Source: an uncultured Chloroflexia bacterium (lineage in GTDB: Bacteria; Chloroflexota; Anaerolineae; JAAYZQ01). From it: a stretch of 64,000 nt of DNA. The stretch lies in the NCBI GenBank assembly GCA_963700285.1, contig CAVOXA010000001.1, positions 1,472,001-1,536,000 of the forward strand, written 5' to 3'. This document shows, piece by piece, positions 40,284 to 50,460 of this stretch. Below the pieces are notes generated by a model, which worked only from the letters and a program-made list of their open reading frames with translations, did no database searches and had not been told where the DNA came from. Position 1 is the stretch's first letter; each line of letters opens with the position of its first letter. The position numbers and the translations under genes are program-made.

Positions 40284-42161
40284 CTACTGGGCCGGGACAA
40301 AGGACATCGTACCGCTGTCTGCAGGCAGGTCCAGGTACAGGTTTTCGCCATCAAAGAAGTAGATGACGGCCTCGTTCAGGTACTGAACGAACTTGTCGCT
40401 CAGCGATTCTGGCGGGCACATGGCCCTGGTCATGGCCATGATCTCGATATCGATGCTCCCGCTGGATCCCTTTCCGGCGTTCTCAGAGGTATAAGAGCCG
40501 TTGCCCTGGTTGCAGTCGGCCTTGGCGCTGACACTGCCGTCGTTCCTGAATTCGACCGTGTACTGCGTCGGGTCGTCCACCGTGAGCTTGCTCAAGGGGT
40601 CCGAAAAAGCGATCCATTGCCAGACCACGCCGGTGAGCGCCGGCTCAGCACTCGCGCCTGTTCCCGAGGTCTCTACGAGCTGGTCGCCTTCTAGGGCATA
40701 GGTCTGTACCATCTGTTGCGTGGGGCAGCACATCGGGTCATCTGGCCCGTGGGTGACCATGTCGACCACGATTTCGTTATTCTCAATGACCACGGAGTTG
40801 ATCTGGACGCGGTCGCCCAGCGACGTGGTAGCTACATTCACTGGCTCGCCGTTCTGCTCCACGACAGCGGCCAGATCCATGTAGGTTCCACTGCCGCCAC
40901 CAGAGCTGGCCAGTACCACCGCCGCGGCCGGCTGGCCATTCAGCTCTCCATAGGCGATGGGGTCCACCACTTGGACGACGATCTCCGAGGCCGAGTCTGG
41001 TGCGGCCGGCGCACGGTACTCGCCGTCGGTCAGTTCGACCGTGCCCGATTCGGTCCATTCCGACTGGTAGGTCATGTTCTTCAGGGTACTCTCGTCCAGT
41101 CCGGCGGCCTCAGCCTTAGCTACCAGGGTCACAACCCGCGTGCCCTCCGAATCCTTAATCTCCAGCTCATTGCCCTTGATCTCGTAGGTTGCGGCTGACT
41201 CCAACGCCTGCAAGTAGGCAGCCTCCTGTTCCATGGTACCCTCAGGCTCGCCGCAGAACATGCGTGTGGTCACTGCGGGGCCGATAGAGATGCCGCCGCG
41301 CGCTGCATTGCCACTGCTGTCGAGTTCGTAGGAGGTTGTATAGTTGTTACAGCCCGCCGAGCCGGTCAGGCTTCCGTCCTCGCCAAACGTGGCCGTGATC
41401 GCGGTACCTAGAAGGACCGATGTATAACCACCCTTGCCATTGTTGTACATGAGCACATCCCAATCCGTACCCACGAGGGGGGTGGTTTGCTGGACCCGAT
41501 ACTGGAGGATTGTGTCACCGGTTGCATTCGCGATCCGGAGCTCGTCTCCTTCGATGTAGTAATATGCCGAACTGCCCAGAGCCGCCATGTACTCCTGCTC
41601 CTGCTCCATGACCTCTTCGGGGCCGCAATACATCATGGTCATAGCGCCAACACCGATAGCGATCTTGGCTCCGTCTATTGTGTACTGGCCTGTGTACGAG
41701 TTGCAGCCCGCATTCCCGCCCAACTGCCCATCCGCAAAGAGGACGGTGATCTGTGTATCGGGCTGCAGAGCGGTTGGCTGGCCGGCACTATTGACGTACA
41801 GTTCCAGAACCCAGGTCGTACCCTCCAGATCTCTCTGCTTGCTCACGATTTCGAGCAGGATCCAGCGGATGGAAGAGGCGTCAGCAGGTGGATTCTCTAC
41901 TTTCTGTTTCTGCACCAGCAGCTCGTATTCGAAGCCCGGCTCGTACTCGAAGCCCTGGATCTGGTCGTAGAACAGCGTCCAGTCGTCCTTGGGGTCTTCT
42001 CTGACCAACATGCACATCTGTGGAGCGACGCCTGTGCACGGGACCTGGTGGGACCCGACATAGACCGTCGTACCGGTAGACCTCCCCACGGCGGGGGCGC
42101 ATGCTGCCAGAACTGTGGCTGCCAGGAGCAGCATGCTGACCATCAGTTGAACTCTTTTCAT
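40284..42161 (-). CDS. Lipoprotein: DUF4377 + multiple META (HslJ-like) domains + a MCCP-containing domain
   Basis: Lipobox LAAC; CTGVAPQMC...IQGFEYEPGFEY; GNAGCN/MMYC, GSAGCN/RMFC, ADCN/RAMC; SGGGSGTY...DPMCCP. Confidence 0.88.
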   Translation of the reverse strand: MKRVQLMVSMLLLAATVLAACAPAVGRSTGTTVYVGSHQVPCTGVAPQMCMLVREDPKDDWTLFYDQIQGFEYEPGFEYELLVQKQKVENPPADASSIRWILLEIVSKQRDLEGTTWVLELYVNSAGQPTALQPDTQITVLFADGQLGGNAGCNSYTGQYTIDGAKIAIGVGAMTMMYCGPEEVMEQEQEYMAALGSSAYYYIEGDELRIANATGDTILQYRVQQTTPLVGTDWDVLMYNNGKGGYTSVLLGTAITATFGEDGSLTGSAGCNNYTTSYELDSSGNAARGGISIGPAVTTRMFCGEPEGTMEQEAAYLQALESAATYEIKGNELEIKDSEGTRVVTLVAKAEAAGLDESTLKNMTYQSEWTESGTVELTDGEYRAPAAPDSASEIVVQVVDPIAYGELNGQPAAAVVLASSGGGSGTYMDLAAVVEQNGEPVNVATTSLGDRVQINSVVIENNEIVVDMVTHGPDDPMCCPTQQMVQTYALEGDQLVETSGTGASAEPALTGVVWQWIAFSDPLSKLTVDDPTQYTVEFRNDGSVSAKADCNQGNGSYTSENAGKGSSGSIDIEIMAMTRAMCPPESLSDKFVQYLNEAVIYFFDGENLYLDLPADSGTMSFVPAQ

Positions 42162-42331
42162 AACAATTCTCCTTTGTTTATGGTAAAACAGCGTTTCCGC
42201 TGCAATCAAACAGCTCTCGTCCACTGAACCCGGACGAGCTTGGCCCGGTGAGCCATGGCAGAAGCCGCTGAGTCACCAGTCAGTACGGACGCAATTGGGC
42301 GTGGAAACGTTCCGCGTGGCTCCTAACGGTC

Positions 42332-42865
42332 TCATGGACCGCGCCGCCGATCTGCCGGCAGCACCTGGGCCAGCTCTTTTGGCTTTTGGGAGCCAATCAA
42401 GATCTCTTTGCCGCTTCGCAGCGTTAGATCCACCCCTTGATTGCCGCTAACGTTATAGGCCCGTTTGCCACCGCCCCACCCGCGAATGCCCCAGCCTCCG
42501 TACTCGCGTATCGGATTGTACTTGCGCACCGCATAACTTTCAATCTCCTCAAAGGGAATGGTACGCGTAAGCACCGGCACGTAGCGGATGTAGATGTGGT
42601 CTTCCCGTACTTCTGTGACGAGCTTTAAGGCGTGGAAAAAGGCAGGGAGCCCAAAACCACAGGCCAGCCAGATGAGCCACATCATCCAATCGGGTGCGGG
42701 ATTGGTACCAAAGGGTTGGCCCAAGACGATCTGCTGGATAAAGCCGTACCAGGTTAGGGCGGCACAACCATAGACCAACAGCCAGACCCACCACTGGCGG
42801 AATCTCTGGACTTCGCGAAAGGCGACACTCCCAACCCGGCTCACTGGGCTCCAATCCTCCCTCAC
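42332..42865 (-). CDS. Small two-TM membrane protein (DUF6141 / PH-like family)
   Basis: FREVQRFRQWW, two TM helices, YNPIREYGGWGIR, AYNVSGNQG and LIGSQKP. Confidence 0.78.
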   Translation of the reverse strand: MREDWSPVSRVGSVAFREVQRFRQWWVWLLVYGCAALTWYGFIQQIVLGQPFGTNPAPDWMMWLIWLACGFGLPAFFHALKLVTEVREDHIYIRYVPVLTRTIPFEEIESYAVRKYNPIREYGGWGIRGWGGGKRAYNVSGNQGVDLTLRSGKEILIGSQKPKELAQVLPADRRRGP

Positions 42866-43166
42866 TCAACCCTACGACTCGTCTGCTGCCTCCACTTCCT
42901 CGCCTGGAACTGGAAGGGACTCCCCGGTGACCGCGGGCTTCAGTGGGATAATGATCCACAAGGGGCAAACCCGCCAGTCTGTGTAGGCGCCATCAGCTCG
43001 CCTGCGACTGGATTGGAGATCCTCAATCTTATCTACGGGTCCGGGTCCGCTAAGCGGTGGAATCGGAGTGTTGCGTCGCTCCAGAACAGGGGATCGCCAT
43101 TGACGCCATGTACGCGGCCAGATGCCTTTCGCTCACGCTGACACACTTCCGGGTGTGCTGTGCACC

Positions 43167-43195
43167 ATTATACTGGGGTTGGACCAATCTGTAAA
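43167..43195 (-). promoter_or_regulatory. Near-consensus sigma70 promoter
   Basis: TTTACA (43195-43190), 17 nt, TATAAT (43172-43167). Confidence 0.6.
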
Positions 43196-43328
43196 CTGTG
43201 CGGACCCCTGGGTCCACCAAATCTGGCCGTGCAGGCTGATCTGGCTCAGTTTGCCTAGTCCTTCCCTTGATGGCCTTTGGCCCCGGGAGCCCGTTTCGCC
43301 TGAAGATGATGGGGGCCCATTCTCGTTC

Positions 43329-43427
43329 AGACCTCGGAGATTCTGCCCAGGCCGCAGTCCATTTCCGCCTCTGCAGAGTCCTCAGTGGCAGACATGAACC
43401 TGAGGCGAAGAAAAACCTCCGAGGTCT
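43329..43427. repeat. REP-like palindrome arms around a ~70-nt spacer
   Basis: AGACCTCGGAG at 43329 and AAAAACCTCCGAGGTCT at 43411-43427. Confidence 0.5.
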
Positions 43428-43483
43428 TGGTTACTCGGGCTTGTGAGCGAATTTCCACCGAATCGGGCCAGGTCGCTGCGAGC

Positions 43484-45219
43484 TTACCATAGGTCTTGCC
43501 TGAAAATCGTTGGAAGATAGCCCTGGGGCACAACGTGCGGTGGATGCCGGTCGACGATTATCGCCGCCTCTGACCTGCTGGCGAAGGGCTCCACTCCTCC
43601 GGCGCTGTCTGTAGCCCGCACCTCGAACCTGTAGATTCCATCCTGAGGGGCCAGATCTGTGAACTCTGCGCTGGTGAGCTTGGTTCCCGTGAGCCAGGCA
43701 ATCCAAGGGCCATCGGCAAAGCTGTAGCGCAAGTCAAAGGAAGCAATGGTCAGCCCAGGTGCAGCGGATGAGGTCCACGATACCAAAAAGCTGTGGTCTG
43801 GGGTGAGTGCTGGGTCAAAGGGTATGATGTGCGAATGGGGCCCGCTGGTGTCCACACGCGTGGCCGCCTGGGCGCTAGCGCTCCAAGGTTGGACGTTGCC
43901 GGCGTTGTCTGTGCCCCGTGCCCGGAAGCCATAGATCCCGTCGGTGTGGGCACCGGTGAACTGGGCGGAGGTGAGTGTCGTATTCTGCAGCCAGACCTGC
44001 CACGGACCGCCGTCCTCCTGGAACTGGACGTCCATGGATTTGATGCCCGACCCGCCCGGATCGTCCGAGCCGCTCCAGTAGACCCAGAACGCGGACACAT
44101 GCGTGTAACCAGGCAGGGGGTCGACTGAGATGCTGGGGGGAACTGAATCCACCGTCGTCTGGGCCTGGGATGCTCCCCATGCCTGGATGTTGCCGGCATT
44201 GTCCACGGCGCGGGCGCGATACTGGTAGGTCGTCCCACTGCGGCCGCCCACCCATTCTGCCGAGCGGTCGGTGGTGTGCATGCGCCAATCAATCCACTGT
44301 CCGCCATTGGTGTTATACTGGACGTCAAAGTAGGCGATGCCGCTACCCCCGTCATCGTGGCCGTGCCAGTGAACAAAGAACCTCTGGGGCGACCAGGTGG
44401 GCAAGGGCTTGACCGAGGCGACGGGGGGCGTCGGGTCGGTGTGCTGGGTATAGTCGACAACCAGCCGGGGGTAGAGCCCGTTGTTGGCGTTGAGCGAATA
44501 GTACATCCTCTGACGGTTCTGTACTCGCTCGTCACCGATAAAGATGAGGCCATAGTTGGCGTGGGACCCGCTGTACCAGTCCTTGACCAGGTCCGTCACA
44601 TCTGTGTAGCCCCAGCCCAATTGGGATCCTACCTGACCCATGCCAGCAACGGTGCCCCAGTGCGGCTGGTGGCTGGCCCAGGTTACCAGATTCTCATCCC
44701 AGGGGGTCAACAGGTGTCGGGCCTCGACGCCCATGGGCGAATCGTTCGCCGGCGAAGCGGCAAAGAGATAGGTTTGCAGCGTGGCGCTGTTGATCACCGC
44801 CTGGGTCGGCACGTAGCGATTCACGTCAAACTGCATGAAGGGTCGCAGGGCGCCATCGTTGCTCCCCCCAAACTGTACCCGAGGCGCAAATCTGGAGCGG
44901 AGCCATAGTTCTGGTTGGGTTTGTTGGAGGTGATATAGGTATCCTGTTGTACCGGGATCTGGACCACGGTGTTCACCGCATTTGGCAACACCGTCTCCTC
45001 AAGGATCACAGCTTCCAGTCGCGCTGCGAGTTCCTCATCACTGGGTCCTTCAGCCGGCAAGGCCTCATCCCCTGGCCCCTGGGCCACCGGCGCCTCTTCG
45101 CTGGGCTGCTGGGCGGCCGGAGTGACCACCACAAGCGCCAGGGACAGCATCAGGACCAGGGCCACAAGCGCCGCTCTCTTGGTCAGCAAAGAACTCGACC
45201 TCTGCAATAGCTCTGCCAT
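43484..45219 (-). CDS. Secreted DNRLRE-domain protein with three FN3-like repeats, split by an indel in a G-run near 44865
   Basis: Signal peptide; QDTYI...PNQNYG..PDL.LG / FMQFD...I.SATL...W.E..VTW...PRLVV; repeats of W.G.DD.GSGI..FDVQ...W..W...Y.FR.RA.DNAGN. Confidence 0.82.
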
Positions 45220-45258
45220 TTTGCTTCCTCCTGTGAGTTAGGTTATTCGGCTTTTACT

Positions 45259-46893
45259 CTAGCGGCAAGGATCATAGTCCTCGCCCAGTATGATGAGAAG
45301 ATCTGCCTGCACGTCAGCGCTCGCCTGGCCAGGCGGGGGCTGGTGGACTATGTTCTTGGATTTGATCTTTAGCAGGCGCACGAGAGAGTCGAGGGCCTGA
45401 GGTTTGTCATCAAAGACGAGGATCTGGGTCTGCTGATGGTCGCGTTCTTGGGCCAGACCCGTGCCTACGGCGTTGAGTCCCTGCCAGCGCAACTGATCAG
45501 CCGCGATGAGGGCCAACTGCGGGCGCTGCGTGCCGTTCAGCACCTGGATGCGAGCGTCCTCGCCGGCAACCTGTTCTCTATATGCTGAAGGTGGTGCGTA
45601 GAGGCTGGCCACCTGTTGCTGGATCTTTTCGGGCTGGGGAAGCTGGACCCGTGCTCCGCCCTCGGTCGTCCAGCCCAGGACCTGGCCGTAACCAATGTAG
45701 CGGCCCTGGATTCGCTCAGGCCTGAGGTCCAGCGCCAGAGGAGCCAGGGACAAGACATCGCCCAGGCTCAGATCGGTGTGGAAGCTGTCCTTCATTGCCG
45801 ACCAGAGACCCGGGATCCTGGCGATGAGGCCCGGACCCCTGGCCTGATCCCACACCGCTCTGAGAAACTGCTGCTGGCGCGGGGCGCGCTGAAAATCGTC
45901 GCTGCCCCGGCGAGTACGGACGTAGCGCAGCGCTGTAGCGCCATCCATGCGATATACGCCGGGTGCGAGCCACATCTCTTCCTCTTGATCCGAGGTAGGA
46001 GGCCGGTAGCGCAGGTTGACGGGACAGGCCACCGTCATCTCCACGCCGCCCAACTCATCCACGGCGCGGGCAAAGCCCTGAAAGTCGACGCGTACCCAGT
46101 GGTCGATGGGGATGCCCAAGTTGTGCTTGATGGTGTCCATCAACAATCCAGGCCCCTGACCTGGATAGTCCCGCTGGTGTCCGATCCTGTGGGCGATGTT
46201 GATCCGTCCCCAGCCGTAAGTAGGGATATAGACCCACAGGTCGCGGGGGATGGACAGCATGGATACCAGTTTTGCCGTCCTGTTCACCACGGCGACGATC
46301 AAGACGTCTGTGTTTTGGTCCTTGACATATTTGCTGCCGTCTGCCCCGATGAGCAGGATATGCAGGAACTCGGGTGGCGCGGCCGCCATGGGTACCGGAG
46401 TGGTCCAAAGCGGTAGCCCGACACGTGGGGTAATGGTCTGCGTCGCTGTGATCGTCGGTCTGGCTGGCAGGGGCATGTTGGTCCAGGTCGGGATGGCCGA
46501 GGGCGTGGGCGTCGGCGAAGGAACAGGGCTCAGGGTGGGTGTTGGCGTCAGGGTCGGCAGTTCTGCTGGGGGCGACGTACTGGTCAAGGTGGGTGGCAGT
46601 GTTGGGCTCTGGGGCCGGATCGGCGGGCTTGAGGTCGAGGCAGCCGGTACAGATGGCAAAGGGACGGCTGTCGGGAGGGGAGTCTGAGACGGCGCTGGTG
46701 TGAATGTAGGCCTGCTTGTGGCCATAGCGAGGGTAGGTGTGATCGCCAGAGCTGCCGCGGGCATCGATCCACTGGCACAAGCGCCCAAGTTGTTGGCGAC
46801 GATGGCCAGGAGCAGGAGAGTAACCAGAGTGGCTACCCCACTCCTGCCCCTGGCACCTTTTTCGCAGTAGACGTCTTTCTCTCGTCTGGGCAC
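45259..46893 (-). CDS. LCP (LytR-CpsA-Psr) family protein with Pro/Thr-rich stalk and LytR C-terminal domain
   Basis: ILLIGAD, TD, LSIPRDLWV, RIN.A, VDELGGV, ALRYVRTR, DDFQR..RQQ, IQVLNGT and IILGEDY. Possible lipobox LGAC. Start codon uncertain. Confidence 0.88.
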   Translation of the reverse strand: MPRREKDVYCEKGARGRSGVATLVTLLLLAIVANNLGACASGSMPAAALAITPTLAMATSRPTFTPAPSQTPLPTAVPLPSVPAASTSSPPIRPQSPTLPPTLTSTSPPAELPTLTPTPTLSPVPSPTPTPSAIPTWTNMPLPARPTITATQTITPRVGLPLWTTPVPMAAAPPEFLHILLIGADGSKYVKDQNTDVLIVAVVNRTAKLVSMLSIPRDLWVYIPTYGWGRINIAHRIGHQRDYPGQGPGLLMDTIKHNLGIPIDHWVRVDFQGFARAVDELGGVEMTVACPVNLRYRPPTSDQEEEMWLAPGVYRMDGATALRYVRTRRGSDDFQRAPRQQQFLRAVWDQARGPGLIARIPGLWSAMKDSFHTDLSLGDVLSLAPLALDLRPERIQGRYIGYGQVLGWTTEGGARVQLPQPEKIQQQVASLYAPPSAYREQVAGEDARIQVLNGTQRPQLALIAADQLRWQGLNAVGTGLAQERDHQQTQILVFDDKPQALDSLVRLLKIKSKNIVHQPPPGQASADVQADLLIILGEDYDPCR

Positions 46894-46929
46894 GTGTCCT
46901 GGCCTATTGCCGCGAACCCTTGGTATGTG

Positions 46930-47826
46930 CTATTCGCTTACGGTGACCGTCACGTCCTCGTGGACATGCTTACCCTCGGCATTGTAGGCGACAAGGCGGT
47001 AGTCGACCGCGCCCGCTTCGTCGGGGCAGTCCTGCACCGAACCCTGCAGTGGGGCGTTGTCCCAGACCTCATATTCGCCGCGAAAGACGTCGACCTCAGT
47101 AGTGCCGCCGCTGGTACTCCAACTGAGTTCCACGCACTGGCTCAGCGAGATCTCTTCCGGGTCAACCTCGAAAGAGTCGATCTCTGGCTTCAAGACGGGA
47201 GGCAGCGTCGGCTCGGGCGTGGCCGTGGGCTCGGCCGTGGCCGACGAGATGATTTCGATCTGCGCTGGTGCGGTGTCGGTCAGCCCATCCTGGTCGGTGA
47301 TGGTCAGCGTGACCATATAGTCCCCGGGGTTTCTGTAGACGTAGCGAACGACCGCTCCGCTACCCTTGTTCCCATCGCCAAAGTCCCAGTCGTAGCGCGC
47401 GATGGGGCTGGTTCCGGGTTGGGATTGACTGCCGTCAAAACTCACCTGCTCGCCGGTCATGGCCTGGGCCGGAGCACTGACAATCGCGTTGGGTCCCACG
47501 GCTGAGGTTGGCGTTGGCTGGGGCTCATCGCCTGGGGTCGGTGTCGGAACATCCGGGGCCGGCGCAGCCGGCGTGTTTGTGGGAAGGTTGATGGGCGGCA
47601 GGGTGGGAACGGTATCGCCTCCGCCTCCCCGGCTGATCAGGACGGCGGCCACGATCGCGAGGCAGCAGGTGACAGCAACCAGGGCGGCAATGACGACTCC
47701 ACCCGCGATCAATGGCGTCCGGTTGTCCTTCTGCGGTGACTCTGGTTCCGCTGGGTAAGTATCGCCACCCTCAGCCGCATAGCCGTCCTCGGGCCCTGGC
47801 TCAAAGGTATTCTCTTCGGTTGACAT
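46930..47826 (-). CDS. Single-pass membrane protein: PKD domain + Cys-pair Ig-like module
   Basis: TM helix with CC; FDGSQS...YDWDFGDG...Y..PG.Y.VTLTITD; C-terminal IDSFEVDPEEI..SQCVELSWSTSGGT...NAPLQGSVQDCP...YRLVAYN. Confidence 0.85.
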   Translation of the reverse strand: MSTEENTFEPGPEDGYAAEGGDTYPAEPESPQKDNRTPLIAGGVVIAALVAVTCCLAIVAAVLISRGGGGDTVPTLPPINLPTNTPAAPAPDVPTPTPGDEPQPTPTSAVGPNAIVSAPAQAMTGEQVSFDGSQSQPGTSPIARYDWDFGDGNKGSGAVVRYVYRNPGDYMVTLTITDQDGLTDTAPAQIEIISSATAEPTATPEPTLPPVLKPEIDSFEVDPEEISLSQCVELSWSTSGGTTEVDVFRGEYEVWDNAPLQGSVQDCPDEAGAVDYRLVAYNAEGKHVHEDVTVTVSE

Positions 47827-47913
47827 TTTTCACTCCTTTACGGTTTTGTCCCGCATTTTTGTATGGGGCCGCACCCTTGGATCGGCGATCCAGAGAAAGG
47901 CTACCAGTCCCGG

Positions 47914-50124
47914 CTACTGGACAGTAACAAACTGATCCTGGTGTACGCGCTTGTCCTGGGGATTGTAGGCGATGAGCCGGTACTGGAGCGTCCCCAACCC
48001 TTTGGGGCAGTCCTGGACCTGCCCGCCAAGTGGTGCGTTCTCCCAAACCATATCATCATCGCGCCAGAGATTGATCCAGGAGGTGCCGCCACCCGTCTGC
48101 CATCGGAGGTCCACACAGCTTCCCGCCGCAATCTGATCAGGTTGGGCGGAGAAGGAGTGGATCACGGGCTGGTCGGATGGGGGTGGAGGAGCGGGCGTAG
48201 CGGTGGCTTGCCCTACAACGTTGACATTCTGGTGCCCACGGCTGACGCCGCCGGAACCCCGGGCCTCTATGCCATAGGCCATGTTGCCGGGCGAGGATGG
48301 GCAGTCCTGGATCTGACCCTTGACTGGCGCAGCGTCCCACAAACTGTTGCCGTTGGCTGTGATCTGCACACGGTTTACGTCACCGGATACCTCCCAGCGG
48401 ACATCCACACATTGACCCAGTGTGATCTGGTTGTGCGGGTCGACGGTGAAGCGATCGATGGCCGGCGCCTGGGGAGCGGCTTCGACATTGATGGTGATCT
48501 GGCGCGTATCGACAGAGCCATCGCCCTTGACCACACGCAGGTAGTAGGTCGTCGTGTAGGGCGGGCACTCCCGTTGTTGTCCCTCGCCAACTATGCCATT
48601 GTCCTGCCATCGTTCCCCTTCGGCGTAAAAGTAGACTTCTCGAACGTTTTCTACCTTCCAGCCAAAGACGACACACTCACCCGACTTGATGTTCGTCCGG
48701 TCCGCGGTGAAGATGATACCGGGTACGGGTGTCTGGGTGGGAGCCGGCGTGGGTTTGGGTGGAGCAGGCACCCGGATGCCCACCGGGAGCCGTTCGCCAA
48801 AAGCCTGTTTTTCACCGCTTTCTATCTGCCAGAATGCCTGGTAGGTACCTGGCTTGAGAGGAGCAACGAGATCAACTTGGAGGTCGTAGGTCTCACCGGG
48901 TGCTACCTTGCCCTGGATGGCCACTGGCTCGCCCCCCATGCGGGCTGCCGAGTCGTTGCCGCCGCCGTAGACCAGGCGGTAGCCGCCATCCCACGTGCAG
49001 GTCCCGGTGTTCTGGACCCGCCACGCCTTGGTAAAGGGCGTCCCCGGCTGCATGATCTGCGGAGTGGTCATGTTCTGATCGTTGTAGTTCAGATGCTTGA
49101 CAAGGGCCAGGCCATCCAGACAGGGTGGCGGGGGCAGCGGTGTCCTCGTTGGCTGCGGAGTCCCCGTAGCCCGCGGCGTGGGGGTAACAGTTGGCGTGGC
49201 TTGGATGGGTTCTGGCTGCAGATCCAGGTACTCTTTTGCCAGCAGCGCGACAAAGCCCTCGTTCTGCAGCTCGACCAGGGTCTGGTCCAGCTCAGCTTTC
49301 AGGGATTCGGCGCCCTGGGGCAGGGCGATGGCCAGTCTCTGCTGGTTCAGACCCTGGCCAACCACCTCTACCCCGCCTTCAGCGGCAAAGGCCTGGGCCG
49401 GCTGGGCATCAAGCATCACGAGGTCGAGGCGATCCTGGCGCAGGTCGCGTACGGCGTCTTCGGCCCGTTCATAGACAAACAACTGGTCGTTTTGCAGCTC
49501 GCCTGTGTCTACCAGGTTGGTCTGCAGCCAATCATCGTAGACACTGCTGCGCTGGGCGCCGATGCGGAGACCGGTCAGGTCATCGATGCTATCGATCGAG
49601 TTGATGCCCGAGCCCTTGCGGGCCAGCAGCCCATCCTGGCCAACATAGTAGACGTTGGTAAAGTCCACATAGTCCTCGCGCTCTGGCGTGATCGACACGG
49701 CGGCGATGGCCGCATTGATCTGGCCCAGCATCACCGCGGCGCCAAGACCGTCAAAGGCAAAGTCGCGGTACTCGACCTCGAGACCCAGGCGGCGACCGAT
49801 CTCGTTCATCAGCTCGATGTCAAATCCCACGAGCTGCGGTGGGCCTTCCCGATCGACACCGGTGTAATACTCAAAGGGCGGGTAGTCGGCCGCCGTACCA
49901 ACGATGATTTTGCCGGCTGCCTTGACCTGCGACCAGGAGTCATCCGCGGCTGCTTCACGAGTGGCTGTGGAGGATGGCTGGGCCGGTGGCGGGGAGGGTA
50001 GCGTGGGCGGGGAGGGCTGGCTAGGTTCCGGTGGCTGGGTAGGCTCTGGGCCCGAGGGGCCGCAGGCCGTCAACACCAGGATGGCCACCAGGCCCAGGGT
50101 CACGACAATCGACTTCTTGGGCAT
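47914..50124 (-). CDS. Lipoprotein paralog: family-3 solute-binding domain + NBR1-Ig-like + three Cys-pair Ig-like modules
   Basis: Lipobox LTAC; VGTAADYPPFE; PGTPFTKAWRVQNTGTCTW; three CV...(E/D)CP modules. Confidence 0.88.
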   Translation of the reverse strand: MPKKSIVVTLGLVAILVLTACGPSGPEPTQPPEPSQPSPPTLPSPPPAQPSSTATREAAADDSWSQVKAAGKIIVGTAADYPPFEYYTGVDREGPPQLVGFDIELMNEIGRRLGLEVEYRDFAFDGLGAAVMLGQINAAIAAVSITPEREDYVDFTNVYYVGQDGLLARKGSGINSIDSIDDLTGLRIGAQRSSVYDDWLQTNLVDTGELQNDQLFVYERAEDAVRDLRQDRLDLVMLDAQPAQAFAAEGGVEVVGQGLNQQRLAIALPQGAESLKAELDQTLVELQNEGFVALLAKEYLDLQPEPIQATPTVTPTPRATGTPQPTRTPLPPPPCLDGLALVKHLNYNDQNMTTPQIMQPGTPFTKAWRVQNTGTCTWDGGYRLVYGGGNDSAARMGGEPVAIQGKVAPGETYDLQVDLVAPLKPGTYQAFWQIESGEKQAFGERLPVGIRVPAPPKPTPAPTQTPVPGIIFTADRTNIKSGECVVFGWKVENVREVYFYAEGERWQDNGIVGEGQQRECPPYTTTYYLRVVKGDGSVDTRQITINVEAAPQAPAIDRFTVDPHNQITLGQCVDVRWEVSGDVNRVQITANGNSLWDAAPVKGQIQDCPSSPGNMAYGIEARGSGGVSRGHQNVNVVGQATATPAPPPPSDQPVIHSFSAQPDQIAAGSCVDLRWQTGGGTSWINLWRDDDMVWENAPLGGQVQDCPKGLGTLQYRLIAYNPQDKRVHQDQFVTVQ

Positions 50125-50173
50125 TATTCTTCTCCCTTCTGCGAGCTTGGCCAGCACGGGTGCGGCCAGTGTA

Positions 50174-50202
50174 AGCCTACCAAACAGTTGGCCGCTTGTC
50201 AA
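50174..50202 (-). promoter_or_regulatory. sigma70 promoter for the second SBP-Ig paralog
   Basis: TTGACA (50202-50197), 17 nt, TAGGCT (50179-50174), with a TG extension. Confidence 0.6.
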
Positions 50203-50460
50203 GTACAGTGGTACTGCCCACCAGGGTTGGCACAAAGTCCCGCTCGGCATCCTTCCGAAGGTTTCTGCCTTGTTCTCGTGCCCCACCGCATGGTAGAATC
50301 AAGCAGTAGCAGGGCAGTGGCCAGCGCAAACCTTCGGGAGGATCGCCCTGTCAAGGTACTTTGCAGCAACCCTGCACGGCTCACCGTGTCCGGCAAGGCA
50401 CCGCGCTCGGGGGCGGTGCGACCACCGCCCCCTTGAACGAGCGTGTTTCTCGGCCGTCAA

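Noticed and set aside
47863-50001. 712-aa + strand ORF, and similar long antisense ORFs at 4758-5696, 34679-36106, 52920-53831 and 55626-56894
   Set aside because: These are antisense shadows of motif-bearing minus-strand genes in GC-rich, codon-biased DNA, with no motifs of their own.
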